Part shown: positions 1-15,800 of the stretch, piece after piece
Layout: each line of letters opens with the position of its first letter
Numbering within the stretch: position 1 is the stretch's first letter
Assembly: GCA_964016885.1 (NCBI GenBank)
Contig: OZ024742.1
Coordinates: forward strand, 337,280,001 to 337,344,000
Origin: Eledone cirrhosa
Lineage: Eukaryota
DNA: 64,000 bases
Direction: 5' to 3'
The notes under the pieces: model-generated
Told to the model about the DNA's origin: nothing
Seen by the model: the letters and a program-made list of their open reading frames with translations, nothing else
The model's database searches: none
Program-made: the position numbers and the translations under genes

Positions 1-3000
1 CTGTTGGTCACAACTGATGGCAGAAGAAAGGAGTGAATCATCAGACTGGAGTAATGATACTAACTGTTGGTCATAACTGATGGCAGAAGAAAGGAGTGAA
101 TCATCAGACTGGAGTAATGATACTATCTGTTGGTCACAACTGATGGCAGAAGAAAGGAGTGAATCATCAGACTGGAGTAATGATACTAACTGTTGGTCAT
201 AACTGATGGCAGAAGAAAGGAGTGAATCATCAGACTGGAGTAATGATACTAACTGTTGGTCACAACTGATGGCAGAAGAAAGGAGTGAATCATCAGACTG
301 GAGTAATGATACTAACTGTTGGTCATAACTGATGGCAGAAGAAAGGAGTGAATCATCAGACTGGAGTAATGATACTATCTGTTGGTCACAACTGATGGCA
401 GAAGAAAGGAGTGAATCATCAGACTGGAGTAATGATACTAACTGTTGGTCATAACTGATGGCAGAAGAAAGGAGTGAATCATCAGACTGGAGTAATGATA
501 CTAACTGTTGGTCACAACTGATGGCAGAAGAAAGGAGTGAATCATCAGACTAGAGTAATGATACTAACTGTTGGTCATAAATGATGGCAGAAGAAAGGAG
601 TGAATCATCAGACTGGAGTAAAGATACTAACTGTTGGTCACAACTGATGGCAGAAGAAAGGAGTGAATCATCAGACTGGAGTAATGATACTAACTGTTGG
701 TCATAACTGATGGCAGAAGAAAGGAGTGAATCATCAGACTGGAGTAATGATACTAACTGTTGGTCATAACTCCTGGCAGTAGAAAGGAGTGAATCATCAG
801 ACTGGAGTAATGATACTAACTGTTGGTCATAACTGATGGCAGAAGAAAGGAGTGAATCATCAGACTGGAGTAATGATACTAACTGTTGGTCATAACTCGT
901 GGCAGAAGAAAGGAGTGAATCATCAGACTGGAGTAATGAAACTAACTGTTGGTCACAACTCCTGGCAGAAGAAAGGAGTGAATCATCAGACTGGAGTAAT
1001 GATACCAAGTGTTGGTCATAACTGATGGCAGAAGAAAATAGTGAATCATCAGACTGGAGTAATGATACTAACTGTTGGTCATAACTGATGTCAGAAGAAA
1101 GGAGTGAATCATCAGACTGGAGTAATGATACTATCTGTTGGTCACAACACCTGGCAGAAGAAAGGAGTGAATAATCAGACTGGAGTAATGATACTAACTG
1201 TTGGTCACAACTGATGGCAGAAGAAAGGAGTGAATCATCAGACTGGAGTAATGATACTAACTGCTGGTCATAAATGATGGCAGAAGAAAGGAGTGAATCA
1301 TCAGACTGGAGTAATGATACTAACTGTTGGTCACAACTGATGGCAGAATAAAGGAGTGAATAATCAGACTGGAGTAATGATACTAACTGTTGGTCATAAC
1401 TGATGGCAGAAGAAAGTAGTGAATCATCAGACTGGAGTAATGATACTAACTGTTGGTCATAACTGATGGCAGAAGAAAGGAGTGAATCATCAGACTGGAG
1501 TAATGATACTATCTGTTGGTCACAACACCTGGCAGAAGAAAGGAGTGAATAATCAGACTGGAGTAATGATACTAACTGTTGGTCATAACTGATGGCAGAA
1601 GAAAGGAGTGAATCATCAGACTGGAGTAATGATACTAACTGTTGGTCATAACTGATGGCAGAAGAAAGGAGTGAATCATCAGACTGGAGTAATGATACTA
1701 TCTGTTGGTCACAACTGATGGCAGAAGAAAGGAGTGAATCATCAGACTGGAGTAATGATACTAACTGTTGGTCATAACTGATGGCAGAAGAAAGGAGTGA
1801 ATCATCAGACTGGAGTAATGATACTATCTGTTGGTCACAACTGATGGCAGAAGAAAGGAGTGAATCATCAGACTGGAGTAATGATACTAACTGTTGGTCA
1901 CAACTGATGGCAGAAGAAAGGAGTGAATCATCAGACTGGAGTAATGATACTAACTGTTGGTCATAAATGATGGCAGAAGAAAGGAGTGAATCATCAGACT
2001 GGAGTAATGATACTAACTGTTGGTCATAAATGATGGCAGAAGAAAGGAGTGAATCATCAGACTGGAGTAATGATACTAACTGTTGGTCACAACTGATGGC
2101 AGAAGAAAGGAGTGAATCATCAGACTGGAGTAATGATACTAACTGTTGGTCATAACTGATGGCAGAAGAAAGGAGTGAATCATCAGACTGGAGTAATGAT
2201 ACTATCTGTTGGTCACAACTGATGGCAGAAGAAAGGAGTGAATCATCAGACTGGAGTAATGATACTAACTGTTGGTCATAACTGATGGCAGAAGAAAGGA
2301 GTGAATCATCAGACTGGAGTAATGATACTAACTGTTGGTCACAACTGATGGCAGAAGAAAGGAGTGAATCATCAGACTGGAGTAATGATACTAACTGTTG
2401 GTCATAACTGATGGCAGAAGAAAGGAGTGAATCATCAGACTGGAGTAATGATACTATCTGTTGGTCACAACTGATGGCAGAAGAAAGGAGTGAATCATCA
2501 GACTGGAGTAATGATACTAACTGTTGGTCATAACTGATGGCAGAAGAAAGGAGTGAATCATCAGACTGGAGTAATGATACTAACTGTTGGTCACAACTGA
2601 TGGCAGAAGAAAGGAGTGAATCATCAGACTAGAGTAATGATACTAACTGTTGGTCATAAATGATGGCAGAAGAAAGGAGTGAATCATCAGACTGGAGTAA
2701 TGATACTAACTGTTGGTCACAACTGATGGCAGAAGAAAGGAGTGAATCATCAGACTGGAGTAATGATACTAACTGTTGGTCATAACTCCTGGCAGTAGAA
2801 AGGAGTGAATCATCAGACTGGAGTAATGATACTAACTGTTGGTCATAACTGATGGCAGAAGAAAGGAGTGAATCATCAGACTGGAGTAATGATACTAACT
2901 GTTGGTCATAACTCCTGGCAGAAGAAAGGAGTGAATCATCAGACTGGAGTAATGAAACTAACTGTTGGTCACAACTCCTGGCAGAAGAAAGGAGTGAATC

Positions 3001-3590
3001 ATCAGACTGGAGTAATGATACCAAGTGTTGGTCATAACTGATGGCAGAAGAAAATAGTGAATCATCAGACTGGAGTAATGATACTAACTGTTGGTCATAA
3101 CTGATGGCAGAAGAAAGGAGTGAATCATCAGACTGGAGTAATGATACTATCTGTTGGTCACAACACCTGGCAGAAGAAAGGAGTGAATAATCAGACTGGA
3201 GTAATGATACTAACTGTTGGTCACAACTGATGGCAGAAGAAAGGAGTGAATCATCAGACTGGAGTAATGATACTAACTGCTGGTCATAAATGATGGCAGA
3301 AGAAAGGAGTGAATCATCAGACTGGAGTAATGATACTAACTGTTGGTCACAACTGATGGCAGAATAAAGGAGTGAATAATCAGACTGGAGTAATGATACT
3401 AACTGTTGGTCATAACTGATGGCAGAAGAAAGTAGTGAATCATCAGACTGGAGTAATGATACTAACTGTTGGTCATAACTGATGGCAGAAGAAAGGAGTG
3501 AATCATCAGACTGGAGTAATGATACTATCTGTTGGTCACAAAACCTGGCAGAAGAAAGGAGTGAATAATCAGACTGGAGTAATGATACTA
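1..3590. repeat. Higher-order duplication with a 33-to-32 monomer period (about 1-1570 vs about 2080-3590)
   Basis: The rare variant GACTAGAG is at about 550/2629 (offset 2079 = 33x63) and ACCAAGTG is at 1005/3021 (offset 2016 = 32x63). GCAGTAGA, AAAATAGT, CTGCTGG and CAGAATAAAG recur in the same order in both copies. Confidence 0.9.
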
Positions 3591-6500
3591 ACTGTTGGTC
3601 ACAACTGATGGCAGAAGAAAGGAGTGAATCATCAGACTGGAATAATGATACTATCTGTTGGTCAAGCTGATGGCAGAAGAAAGGAGTGAATCATCACACT
3701 GGAGTAATGATACTAACTGTTGGTCACAACTGATGGCAGAAGAAAGGAGTGAATCATCAGACTGGAGTAATGATACTAACTGTTGGTCATAAGTGATGGC
3801 AGAAGAAAGGAGTGAATCATCAGACTGGAGTAATGATACTAACTGTTGGTCATAACTGATGGCAGAAGAAAGGAGTGAATCATCAGACTGGAGTAATGAT
3901 ACTAAATGTTGGTCACAACTGATGGCAGAAGAAAGGAGTGAATCATCAGACTGGAGTAATGATACTAACTGTTGGTCATAACTGATGGCAGAAGAAAGGA
4001 GGGAATCATCAGACTGGAGTAATGATACTAACTGTTGGTCATAACTCCTGGCAGAAGAAAGGAGTGAATCATCAGGCTGGAGTAATGATACTAACTGTTG
4101 GTCACAACTCCTGGCAGAAGAAAGGAGTGAATCATCAGACTGGAGTAATGACAGTAACTGTTGGTCATAACTGATGGCAGAAGAAAGGAGTGAATCATCA
4201 GACTGGAGTAATGATACTAACTGTTGGTCATAACTGATGGCAGAAGAAAGGAGTGAATCATCAGCCTGGAGTAATGATACTAACTGTTGGTCATAACTCC
4301 TGGCAGAAGAAAGCAGTGAATCATCAGACTGGAGTAATGAAACTAACTGTTGGTCACAACTCCTGGCAGAAGAAAGGAGTGAATCATCAGACTGGAGTAA
4401 TGATACCAAGTGTTGGTCATAACTGATGGCAGAAGAAAGTAGTGAATCATCAGACTGGAGTAATGATACTAACTGTTGGTCATAAGTGATGGCAGAAGAA
4501 AGTAGTGAATCATCAGACTGGAATAATGATACTATCTGTTGGTCACAACTGATGGCAGAAGAAAGGAGTGAATCATCAGACTGGAGTAATGATACTAACT
4601 GTTGGTCATAAGTGATGGCAGAAGAAAGGAGTGAATCATCAGACTGGAGTAATGATACTAACTGTTGGTCATAACTGATGGCAGAAGAAAGGAGTGAATC
4701 ATCAGACTGGAGTAATGATACTAACTGTTGGTCACAACTCCTGGCAGAAGAAAGGAGTGAATCATCAGACTGGAGTAATGATACTAACTGTTGGTCACAA
4801 CTGATGGCAGAAGAAAGGAGTGAATCATCAGACTGGAGTAATGATACTAATTGTTGGTCACAACTCCTGGCAGAAGAAAGGAGTGAATCATCAGACTGGA
4901 GTAATGACAGTAACTGTTGGTCATAACTGATGGCAGAAGAAAGGAGTGAATCATCAGACTGGAGTAATGATACTAACTGTTGGTCATAACTGATGGCAGA
5001 AGAAAGGAGTGAATCATCAGACTGGAGTAATGATACTAACTGTTGGTCACAACTCCTGGCAGAAGAAAGGAGTGAATCATCAGACTGGAGTAATGACAGT
5101 AACTGTTGGTCATAACTGATGGCAGAAGAAAGGAGTGAATCATCAGACTGGAGTAATGATACTAAATGTTGGTCACAACTGATGGCAGAAGAAAGGAGTG
5201 AATCATCAGACTGGAGTAATGATACTAACTGTTGGTCATAACTGATGGCAGAAGAAAGGAGTGAATCATCAGACTGGAGTAATGATACTAACTGTTGGTC
5301 ATAACTCCTGGCAGAAGAAAGGAGTGAATCATCAGACTGGAGTAATGATACTAACTGTTGGTCATAACTCCTGGCAGAAGAAAGGAGTGAATCATCAGAC
5401 TGGAGTAATGATACTAACTGTTGGTCACAACTCCTGGCAGAAGAAAGGAGTGAATCATCAGACTGGAGTAATGACAGTAACTGTTGGTCATAAGTGATGG
5501 CAGAAGAAAGGAGTGAATCATCAGACTGGAGTAATGATACTAACTGTTGGTCATAACTGATGGCAGAAGAAAGGAGTGAATCATCAGACTGGAGTAATGA
5601 TACTAACTGTTGGTCATAACTCCTGGCAGAAGAAAGGAGTGAATCATCAGACTGGAGTAATGAAACTAACTGTTGGTCACAACTCCTGGCAGAAGAAAGG
5701 AGTGAATCATCAGACTGGAGTAATGATACCAAGTGTTGGTCATAACTGATGGCAGAAGAAAGTAGTGAATCATCAGACTGGAGTAATGATACTAACTGTT
5801 GGTCATAACTGATGGCAGAAGAAAGGAGTGAATCATCAGACTGGAGTAATGATACTAACTGTTGGTCATAACTGATGGCAGAAGAAAGGAGTGAATCATC
5901 AGACTGGAGTAATGATACTATCTGTTGGCCACAACACCTGGCAGAAGTAAGGAGTGAATCATCAGACTGGAGTAATGATACTAACTGTTGGTCACAACTG
6001 GTGGCAGAAGAAAGGAGTGAATCATCAGACTGGAGTAATGATACTAACTGTTGGTCATAACTGATGGCAGAAGAAAGGAGTGAATCATCAGACTGGAGTA
6101 ATGATACTATCTGTTGGTCACAACACCTGGCAGAAGAAAGGAGTGAATCATCAGACTGGAGTAATGATACTAACTGTTGGTCATAACTCCTGGCAGAAGA
6201 AAGGAGTGAATCATCAGACTGGAGTAATGATACTAAATGTTGGTCATAACTGATGGCAGAAGAAAGGAGTGAATCATCAGACTGGAGTAATGATACTAAC
6301 TGTTGGTCATAACTGATGGCAGAAGAAAGGAGTGAATCATCAGACTGGAGTAATGATACTAACTGTTGGTCATAACTCCTGGCAGAAGTAAGGAGTGAAT
6401 CATCAGACTGGAGTAATCACAGTAACTGTTGGTCACAACTGATGGCAGAAGAAAGGAGTGAATCATCAGACTGGAGTAATGATACTAACTGTTGGTCATA

Positions 6501-9500
6501 ACTCCTGGCAGAAGAAAGGAGTGAATCATCAGACTGGAGTAATGATACTAACTGTTGGTCATAACTCCTGGCAGAAGAAAGGAGTGAATCATCAGACTGG
6601 AGTAATGATACTAACTGTTGGTCATAACTGATGGCAGAAGAAAGGAGTGAATCATCAGACTGGAGTAATGATACTATCTGTTGGTCACAACACCTGGCAG
6701 AAGAAAGGAGTGAATCATCAGACTGGAGTAATGACAGTAACCGTTGGTCATAACTGATGGCAGAAGAAAGGAGTGAATCATCAGACTGGAGTAATGATAC
6801 TAACTGTTGGTCACAACTGATGGCAGAAGAAAGGAGTGAATCATCAGACTGGAGTAATGATACTATCTGTTGGTCACAACACCTGGCAGAAGAAAGGAGT
6901 GAATCATCAGACTGGAGTAATAACAGTAACTGTTGGTCATAACTGATGGCAGAAGAAAGGAGTGAATCATCAGACTGGAGTAATGATACTAACTGTTGGT
7001 CACAACTGATGGCAGAAGAAAGGAGTGAATCATCAGACTGGAGTAATGATACTAACTGTTGGTCATAAGTGATGGCAGAAGAAAGGAGTGAATCATCAGA
7101 CTGGAGTAATGATACTAACTGTTGGTCATAAGTGATGGCAGAAGAAAGGAGTGAATCATCAGACTGGAGTAATGATACTAAATGTTGGTCATAACTGATG
7201 GCAGAAGAAAGGAGTGAATCATCAGACTGGAGTAATGATACTAACTGTTGGTCATAACTGATGGCAGAAGAAAGGAGTGAATCATCAGACTGGAGTAATG
7301 ATACTAAATGTTGGTCATAACCGATGGCAGAAGAAAGGAGTGAATCATCAGACTGGAGTAATGATACTAACTGTTGGTCATAACTGATGGCAGAAGAAAG
7401 GAGTGAATCATCAGACTGGAGTAATGATACTAACTGTTGGTCACAACTGATGGCAGAAGAAAGGAGTGAATCATCAGACTGGAGTAATGACAGTAACTGT
7501 TGGTCATAAGTGATGGCAGAAGAAAGGAGTGAATCATCAGACTGGAGTAGTGATACTAACTGTTGGTCATAAGTGATGGCAGAAGAAAGGAGTGAATCAT
7601 CAGACTGGAGTAATGATACTAACTGTTGGTCATAAGTGATGGCAGAAGAAAGGAGTGAATCATCAGACTGGAGTAATGATACTAACTGTTGGTCATAAGT
7701 GATGGCAGAAGAAAGGAGTGAATCATCAGACTGGGGTAATGATACTAACTGTTGGTCATAAGTGATGGCAGAAGAAAGGAGTGAATGATCAGACTGGAGT
7801 AATGACAGTAACTGTTGGTCATAAGTGATGGCAGAAGAAAGGAGTGAATCATCAGACTGGAGTAATGATACTAACTGTTGGTCATAAGTGATGGCAGAAG
7901 AAAGGAGTGAATCATCAGACTGGAGTAATGATACTAACTGTTGGTCACAACTGATGGCAGAAGAAAGGAGTGAATCATCAGACTGGAGTAATGACAGTAA
8001 CTGTTGGTCATAAGTGATGGTAGAAGAAAGGAGTGAATCATCAGACTGGAGTAATGATACTAACTGTTGGTCATAAGTGATGGCAGAAGAAAGGAGTGAA
8101 TCATCAGACTGGAGTAATGATACTAACTGTTGGTCACAATGCATGGCAGAAGAAAGGAGTGAATCATCAGACTGGAGTAATGATACTAACTGTTGGTCAT
8201 AACTGATGGCAGAAGAAAGGAGTGAATCATCAGACTGGAGTAATGATACTAACTGTTGGTCATAAGTGATGGCAGAAGAAAGGAGTGAATCATCAGACTG
8301 GAGTAATGACAGTAACTGTTGGTCATAACTGATGGCAGAAGAAAGGAGTGAATCATCAGACTGGAGTAATGACAGTAACTGTTGGTCATAACTCCTGGCA
8401 GAAGAAAGGAGTGAATCATCAGACTGGAGTAATGATACTAACTGTTGGTCATAAGTGATGGCAGAAGAAAGGAGTGAATCATCAGACTGGAGTAATGACA
8501 GTAACTGTTGGTCATAAGTGATGGCAGAAGAAAGGAGTGAATCATCAGACTGGAGTAATGATACTAACTGTTGGTCATAAGTGATGGCAGAAGAAAGGAG
8601 TGAATCATCAGACTGGAGTAATGACAGTAACTGTTGGTCATAAGTGATGGCAGAAGAAAGGAGTGAATCATCAGACTGGAGTAATGATACTAACTGTTGG
8701 TCATAAGTGATGGCAGAAGAAAGGAGTGAATCATCAGACTGGAGTAATGATACTAACTGTTGGTCATAAGTGATGGCAGAAGAAAGGAGTGAATCATCAG
8801 ACTGGAGTAATGATACTAACTGTTGGTCACAATGGATGGCAGAAGAAAGGAGTGAATCATCAGACTGGAGTAATGACAGTAACTGTTGATCATAACTGAT
8901 GGCAGAAGAAAGGAGTGAATCATCAGACTGGAGTAATGATACTAAATGTTGGTCACAATTGATGGCAGAAGAAAGGAGTGAATCATCAGACTGGAGTAAT
9001 GACAGTCACTGTTGGTCATAACTCCTGGCAGAAGAAAGGAGTGAATCATCAGACTGGAGTAATGATACTAAATGTTGGTCATAACTCCTGGCAGAAGAAA
9101 GGAGTGAATCATCAGACTGGAGTAATGACAGTAACTGTTGGTCACAACTGATGGCAGAAGAAAGGAGTGAATCATCAGACTGGAGTAATGATACTAAATG
9201 TTGGTCATAACTCCTGGCAGAAGAAAGGAGTGAATCATCAGACTGGAGTAATGATACTAACTGTTGGTCATAACTGATGGCAGAAGAAAGGAGTGAATCA
9301 TCAGACTGGAGTAATGACAGTAACTGTTGGTCATAACTCCTGGCAGAAGAAAGGAGTGAATCATCAGACTGGAGTAATGATACTAAATGTTGGTCATAAC
9401 TCCTGGCAGAAGAAAGGAGTGAATCATCAGACTGGAGTAATGATACTAACTGTTGGTCATAACTGATGGCAGAAGAAAGGAGTGAATCATCAGAATGGAG

Positions 9501-9825
9501 TAATGACAGTAACTGTTGGTCATAACTCCTGGCAGAAGAAAGTAGTGAATCATCAGACTGGAGTAATGATACTAACTGTTGGTCATAACTGATGGCAGAA
9601 GAAAGGAGTGAATCATCAGACTGGAGTAATGATACTAACTGTTGGTCATAACTGATGGCAGAAGAAAGGAGTGAATCATCAGACTGGAGTAATGATACTA
9701 ACTGTTGGTCATAACTGATGGCAGAAGAAAGGAGTGAATCATCAGACTGGAGTAATGATACTAACTGTTGGTCACAACTGATGGCAGAAGAAAGGAGTGA
9801 ATCATCAGACTGGAGTAGTGATACT

Positions 9826-12800
9826 AACTGTTGGTCATAAGTGATGGCAGAAGAAAGGAGTGAATCATCAGATTGGAGTAATGATACTAACTGTTGGTCA
9901 TAACTGATGGCAGAAGAAAGGAGTGAATCATCAGACTGGAGTAATGATACTATCTGTTGGTCACAACACCTGGCAGAAGAAAGGAGTGAATAATCAGACT
10001 GGAGTAATGATACTAACTGTTGGTCACAACTGATGGCAGAAGAAAGGAGTGAATCATCAGACTGGAATAATGATACTAACTGTTGGTCATAACTGATGGC
10101 AGAAGAAAGGAGTGAATCATCAGACAGGAGTAATGATACTAAATGTTGGTCATAACTCCTGGCAGAAGAAAGGAGTGAATCATCAGACTGGAGTAATGAT
10201 ACTAAATGTTGGTCACGACTGATGGCAGAAGAAGGGAGTGAATCATCAGACTGGAATAATGATACTAACTGTTGGTCACAACTCCTGGCAGAAGATAGGA
10301 GTGAATCATCAGACTGGAGTAATGATACTAACTGTTGGTCACAACTCCTGGCAGAAGAAAGGAGTGAATCATCAGACTGGAGTAATGATACTAACTGTTG
10401 GTCATAAATGATGGCAGAAGAAGGGAGTGAATCATCAGACTGGAGTAATGATACTAAATGTTGGTCACAACTGATGGCAGAAGAAGGGAGTGAATCATCA
10501 GACTGGAATAATGATACTAACTGTTGGTCACAACTCCTGGCAGAAGATAGGAGTGAATCATCAGACTGGAGTAATGATACTAACTGTTTGTCACAACTCC
10601 TGGAAGAAGATAAGAGTGAATCATCAGACTGGAGTAATGATACTAACTGTTGGTCATAACTCCTGGCAGAAGAAAGGAGTGAATCATCAGACTGGAGTAA
10701 TGATACTAACTGTTGGTCACAACTCCTGGCAGAAGAAAGGAGTGAATCATCAGACTAGAGTAATGATACTAACTGTTGGTCATAAATGATGGCAGAAGAA
10801 AGGAGTAAATCATCAGACTGGAGTAATGATACTATCTGTTGGTCACAACACCTGGCAGAAGAAAGGGGTGAATAATCAGACTGGAGTAATGATACTAACT
10901 GTTGGTCATAACTCCTGGCAGAAGAAAGGAGTGAATCATCAGACTGGAGTAATGATACTATCTGTTGGTCATAACTGATGGCAGAAGAAAGGAGTGAATC
11001 ATCAGACTGGAGTAATGATACTAACTGTTGGTCATAACTGATGGCAGAAGAAAGGAGTGAATCATCAGACTGGAGTAATGATACTAACTGCTGGTCACAA
11101 CTCCTGGCAGAAGAAAGGAGTGAATCATCAGACTGGAGTAATGATACTAACTGTTGGTCATAAATGATGGCAGAAGAAAGGAGTGAATCATCAGACTGGA
11201 GTAATGATACTATCTGTTGGTCACAACACCTGGCAGAAGAAAGGAGTGAATAATCAGACTGGAGTAATGATACTAACTGTTGGTCATAACTGATGGCAGA
11301 AGAAAGGAGTGAATCATCAGACTGGAGTAATGATACTAACTGTTGGTCACAACTGATGGCAGAAGAAAGGAGTGAGTCATCAGACTGGAGTAATGATACT
11401 AACTGTTGGTCACAACTGATGGCAGAAAAAAGGAGTGAATCATCAGACTGGAGTAATGATACTAACTGTTGGTCATAACTCCTGGCAGAAGAAAGGAGTG
11501 AATCATCAGACTGGCGTAATGATACTAACTGTTGGTCACAACTGATGGCAGAAGAAAGGAGTGAATCATCAGACTGGAGTAATGATACTAACTGTTGGTC
11601 ACAACTGATGGCAGAAAAAAGGAGTGAATCATCAGACTGGAGTAATGATACTAACTGTTGGTCATAACTCCTGGCAGAAGAAAGGAGTGGATCATCAGAC
11701 TGGCGTAATGATACTAACTGTTGGTCATAACTGATGGCAGAAGAAAGGAGTGAATCATCAGACTGGAGTAATGATAATAACTGTTGGTCATAACTCCTGG
11801 CAGAAGAAAGGAGTGAATCATCAGACTGGAGTAATGATACTAACTGTTGGTCTCAACTGATGGCAGAAGAAAGGTGTCGATCATCAGACTGGCGTAATGA
11901 TACTAACTGTTGGTCATAACTGATGGCAGAAGAAAGGAGTGAATCATCAGACTGGAGTAATGATACTAACTGTTGGTCATAACTCCTGGCAGAAGAAAGG
12001 AGTGAATCATCAGACTGGAGTAATGATACTAACTGTTGGTCATAACTCCTGGCAGAAGAAAGGAGTGAATCATCAGACTGGAGTAATGATACTAACTGTT
12101 GGACATAACTGATGGATGAAGAAAGGAGTGAATCATCAGACTGGAGTAATGATAATAACTGTTGGTCATAACTGATGGCAGAAGAAAGGAGTGAATCATC
12201 AGACTGGAGTAATGATACTAACTGTTGGACATAACTGATGGCAGAAGAAAGGAGTGAATCATCAGACTGGAGTAATGATAATAACTGTTGGTCATAACTG
12301 ATGGCAGAAGAAAGGAGTGAATCATCAGACTGGAATAATGATACTAACTGTTGGTCATAACTGATGGCAGAAGAAAGGAGTGAATCATCAGACTGGAGTA
12401 ATGATAATAACTGTTGGTCATAACTGATGGCAGAAGAAAGGAGTGAAGCATCAGACTGGAGTAATGATACTAAATGTTGGTCATAACTGATGGCAGAAGA
12501 AAGGAGTGAAGCATCAGACTGGAGTAATGATACTAAATGTTGGTCACAACTCCTGGCAGAAGAAAGGAGTGGATCATCAGACTGGAGTAATGATACTAAC
12601 TGTTGGTCATAACTGATGGATGAAGAAAGGAGTGAATCATCAGACTGGAGTAATGATACTAACTGTTGGTCATAACTGATGGCAGAAGAAAGGAGTGAAT
12701 CATCAGACTGGAGTAATGATACTAACTGTTGGTCATAACTGATGGCAGAAGAAAGGAGTGAATCATCAGACTGGAGTAATGATACTAACTGTTGGTCATA

Positions 12801-15800
12801 ACTGATGGCAGAAGAAAGTAGTGAATCATCAGACTGGAGTAATGATACTAACTGTTGGTCATAACTGATGGCAGAAGAAAGGAGTGAATCATCAGACTGG
12901 AGTAATGATACTAACTGTTGGTCATAACTGATGGCAGAAGAAAGGAGTGAATCATCAGACTGGAGTAATGATAATAACTGTTGGTCATAACTGATGGATG
13001 AAGAAAGGAGTGAATCATCAGACTGGAGTAATGATAATAACTGTTGGTCATAACTGATGGCAGAAGAAAGGAGTGGATCATCAGACTGGAGTAATGATAC
13101 TAACTGTTGGTCATAACTGATGGATGAAGAAAGGAGTGAATCATCAGACTGGAGTAATGATAATAACTGTTGGTCATAAGTGATGGCAGAAGAAAGGAGT
13201 GAATCATCAGATTGGAGTAATGATACTAACTGTTGGTCATAACTGATGGCAGAAGAAAGGAGTGAATCATCAGACTGGAGTAATGATACTATCTGTTGGT
13301 CACAACACCTGGCAGAAGAAAGGAGTGAATAATCAGACTGGAGTAATGATACTAACTGTTGGTCACAACTGATGGCAGAAGAAAGGAGTGAATCATCAGA
13401 CTGGAATAATGATACTAACTGTTGGTCATAACTGATGGCAGAAGAAAGGAGTGAATCATCAGACAGGAGTAATGATACTAAATGTTGGTCATAACTCCTG
13501 GCAGAAGAAAGGAGTGAATCATCAGACTGGAGTAATGATACTAAATGTTGGTCACGACTGATGGCAGAAGAAGGGAGTGAATCATCAGACTGGAATAATG
13601 ATACTAACTGTTGGTCACAACTCCTGGCAGAAGATAGGAGTGAATCATCAGACTGGAGTAATGATACTAACTGTTGGTCACAACTCCTGGCAGAAGAAAG
13701 GAGTGAATCATCAGACTGGAGTAATGATACTAACTGTTGGTCATAAATGATGGCAGAAGAAGGGAGTGAATCATCAGACTGGAGTAATGATACTAAATGT
13801 TGGTCACAACTGATGGCAGAAGAAGGGAGTGAATCATCAGACTGGAATAATGATACTAACTGTTGGTCACAACTCCTGGCAGAAGATAGGAGTGAATCAT
13901 CAGACTGGAGTAATGATACTAACTGTTTGTCACAACTCCTGGAAGAAGATAAGAGTGAATCATCAGACTGGAGTAATGATACTAACTGTTGGTCATAACT
14001 CCTGGCAGAAGAAAGGAGTGAATCATCAGACTGGAGTAATGATACTAACTGTTGGTCACAACTCCTGGCAGAAGAAAGGAGTGAATCATCAGACTAGAGT
14101 AATGATACTAACTGTTGGTCATAAATGATGGCAGAAGAAAGGAGTAAATCATCAGACTGGAGTAATGATACTATCTGTTGGTCACAACACCTGGCAGAAG
14201 AAAGGGGTGAATAATCAGACTGGAGTAATGATACTAACTGTTGGTCATAACTCCTGGCAGAAGAAAGGAGTGAATCATCAGACTGGAGTAATGATACTAT
14301 CTGTTGGTCATAACTGATGGCAGAAGAAAGGAGTGAATCATCAGACTGGAGTAATGATACTAACTGTTGGTCATAACTGATGGCAGAAGAAAGGAGTGAA
14401 TCATCAGACTGGAGTAATGATACTAACTGCTGGTCACAACTCCTGGCAGAAGAAAGGAGTGAATCATCAGACTGGAGTAATGATACTAACTGTTGGTCAT
14501 AAATGATGGCAGAAGAAAGGAGTGAATCATCAGACTGGAGTAATGATACTATCTGTTGGTCACAACACCTGGCAGAAGAAAGGAGTGAATAATCAGACTG
14601 GAGTAATGATACTAACTGTTGGTCATAACTGATGGCAGAAGAAAGGAGTGAATCATCAGACTGGAGTAATGATACTAACTGTTGGTCACAACTGATGGCA
14701 GAAGAAAGGAGTGAGTCATCAGACTGGAGTAATGATACTAACTGTTGGTCACAACTGATGGCAGAAAAAAGGAGTGAATCATCAGACTGGAGTAATGATA
14801 CTAACTGTTGGTCATAACTCCTGGCAGAAGAAAGGAGTGAATCATCAGACTGGCGTAATGATACTAACTGTTGGTCACAACTGATGGCAGAAGAAAGGAG
14901 TGAATCATCAGACTGGAGTAATGATACTAACTGTTGGTCACAACTGATGGCAGAAAAAAGGAGTGAATCATCAGACTGGAGTAATGATACTAACTGTTGG
15001 TCATAACTCCTGGCAGAAGAAAGGAGTGGATCATCAGACTGGCGTAATGATACTAACTGTTGGTCATAACTGATGGCAGAAGAAAGGAGTGAATCATCAG
15101 ACTGGAGTAATGATAATAACTGTTGGTCATAACTCCTGGCAGAAGAAAGGAGTGAATCATCAGACTGGAGTAATGATACTAACTGTTGGTCTCAACTGAT
15201 GGCAGAAGAAAGGTGTCGATCATCAGACTGGCGTAATGATACTAACTGTTGGTCATAACTGATGGCAGAAGAAAGGAGTGAATCATCAGACTGGAGTAAT
15301 GATACTAACTGTTGGTCATAACTCCTGGCAGAAGAAAGGAGTGAATCATCAGACTGGAGTAATGATACTAACTGTTGGTCATAACTCCTGGCAGAAGAAA
15401 GGAGTGAATCATCAGACTGGAGTAATGATACTAACTGTTGGACATAACTGATGGATGAAGAAAGGAGTGAATCATCAGACTGGAGTAATGATAATAACTG
15501 TTGGTCATAACTGATGGCAGAAGAAAGGAGTGAATCATCAGACTGGAGTAATGATACTAACTGTTGGACATAACTGATGGCAGAAGAAAGGAGTGAATCA
15601 TCAGACTGGAGTAATGATAATAACTGTTGGTCATAACTGATGGCAGAAGAAAGGAGTGAATCATCAGACTGGAATAATGATACTAACTGTTGGTCATAAC
15701 TGATGGCAGAAGAAAGGAGTGAATCATCAGACTGGAGTAATGATAATAACTGTTGGTCATAACTGATGGCAGAAGAAAGGAGTGAAGCATCAGACTGGAG

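Noticed and set aside
28-34. AAGGAG as a Shine-Dalgarno site
   Set aside because: It occurs in every monomer with no properly spaced start of a real gene, so it is coincidental.
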